Origin: Mytilus californianus
Taxonomy: Eukaryota
Assembly: GCF_021869535.1 (NCBI RefSeq)
Contig: NW_026262690.1
Span: 83,142,001-83,206,000 of the forward strand
Length of the DNA: 64,000 nucleotides
Direction of reading: 5' to 3'
Notes under the pieces: generated by a model
The model's database searches: none
Seen by the model: the letters and a program-made list of their open reading frames with translations, nothing else
What the model was told of the DNA's origin: nothing
Shown here: piece after piece, positions 63,723 through 64,000 of the stretch
Layout of the letters: each line of letters starts with the position of its first letter
How positions within the stretch are numbered: the first letter of the stretch is position 1
Program-made: the position numbers and the translations under genes

Positions 63723-64000
63723 TCAAAGCACGAAAGCGCTGTAAAGGCAGTTAATTACAGGTTGTGTGTATTTTAAGTCCAGTTATATCATTATCTTGCA
63801 TAGTACAGTGTACTTATCAGAGGTGGCTTTCAGTATTTAAGATTTAGAGTTCTCTAATGATATTGAATAAGTTTTATGAATGTCATATTCTGAGCACTAT
63901 ATGAAGGCGATTGTTCTCACTTGTTTATGAACTAGTGCATTATGTCCAGTTTGTACCTTTTTTATCTATGTTTATAGTCAAATTAGTTATCAAAGGTACC

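Overview
AT-rich eukaryotic (metazoan) genomic DNA. The repeat content looks bivalve/Mytilus-like, but that is inference and is not confirmed. (1) 0.5-18.9 kb: a tandem, same-strand cluster of four two-exon genes that the ORF track only partly shows. Each has a short signal-peptide exon (20-21 codons +1 nt, phase-1 intron) and one exon encoding a Cys-free, low-complexity Gly/Ser/Asn/Gln-rich chain punctuated by F-[D/N]-P-[N/S] motifs. Each ends in a hydrophobic-Gly-Lys(Lys/Arg) amidation-type signal. I do not recognise this family, and it is the main candidate for an undescribed system. (2) 21.6-39.9 kb: three genes with uninterrupted coding regions and unknown function. Two are clear paralogs ending in DAMTV, and the third (585 aa) shares their helical core motif. 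(3) 50.6-62.7 kb: the last seven coding exons of eIF4A-III (eif4a3) on the minus strand; the 5' exons lie beyond the window. The rest is dense with non-autonomous mobile DNA: HINE/pearl-like elements, TA-flanked MITEs, tRNA-derived SINEs with target-site duplications, decayed Penelope-like RT fragments and several interspersed repeat families. All coordinates were read by eye, and repeat boundaries are approximate.
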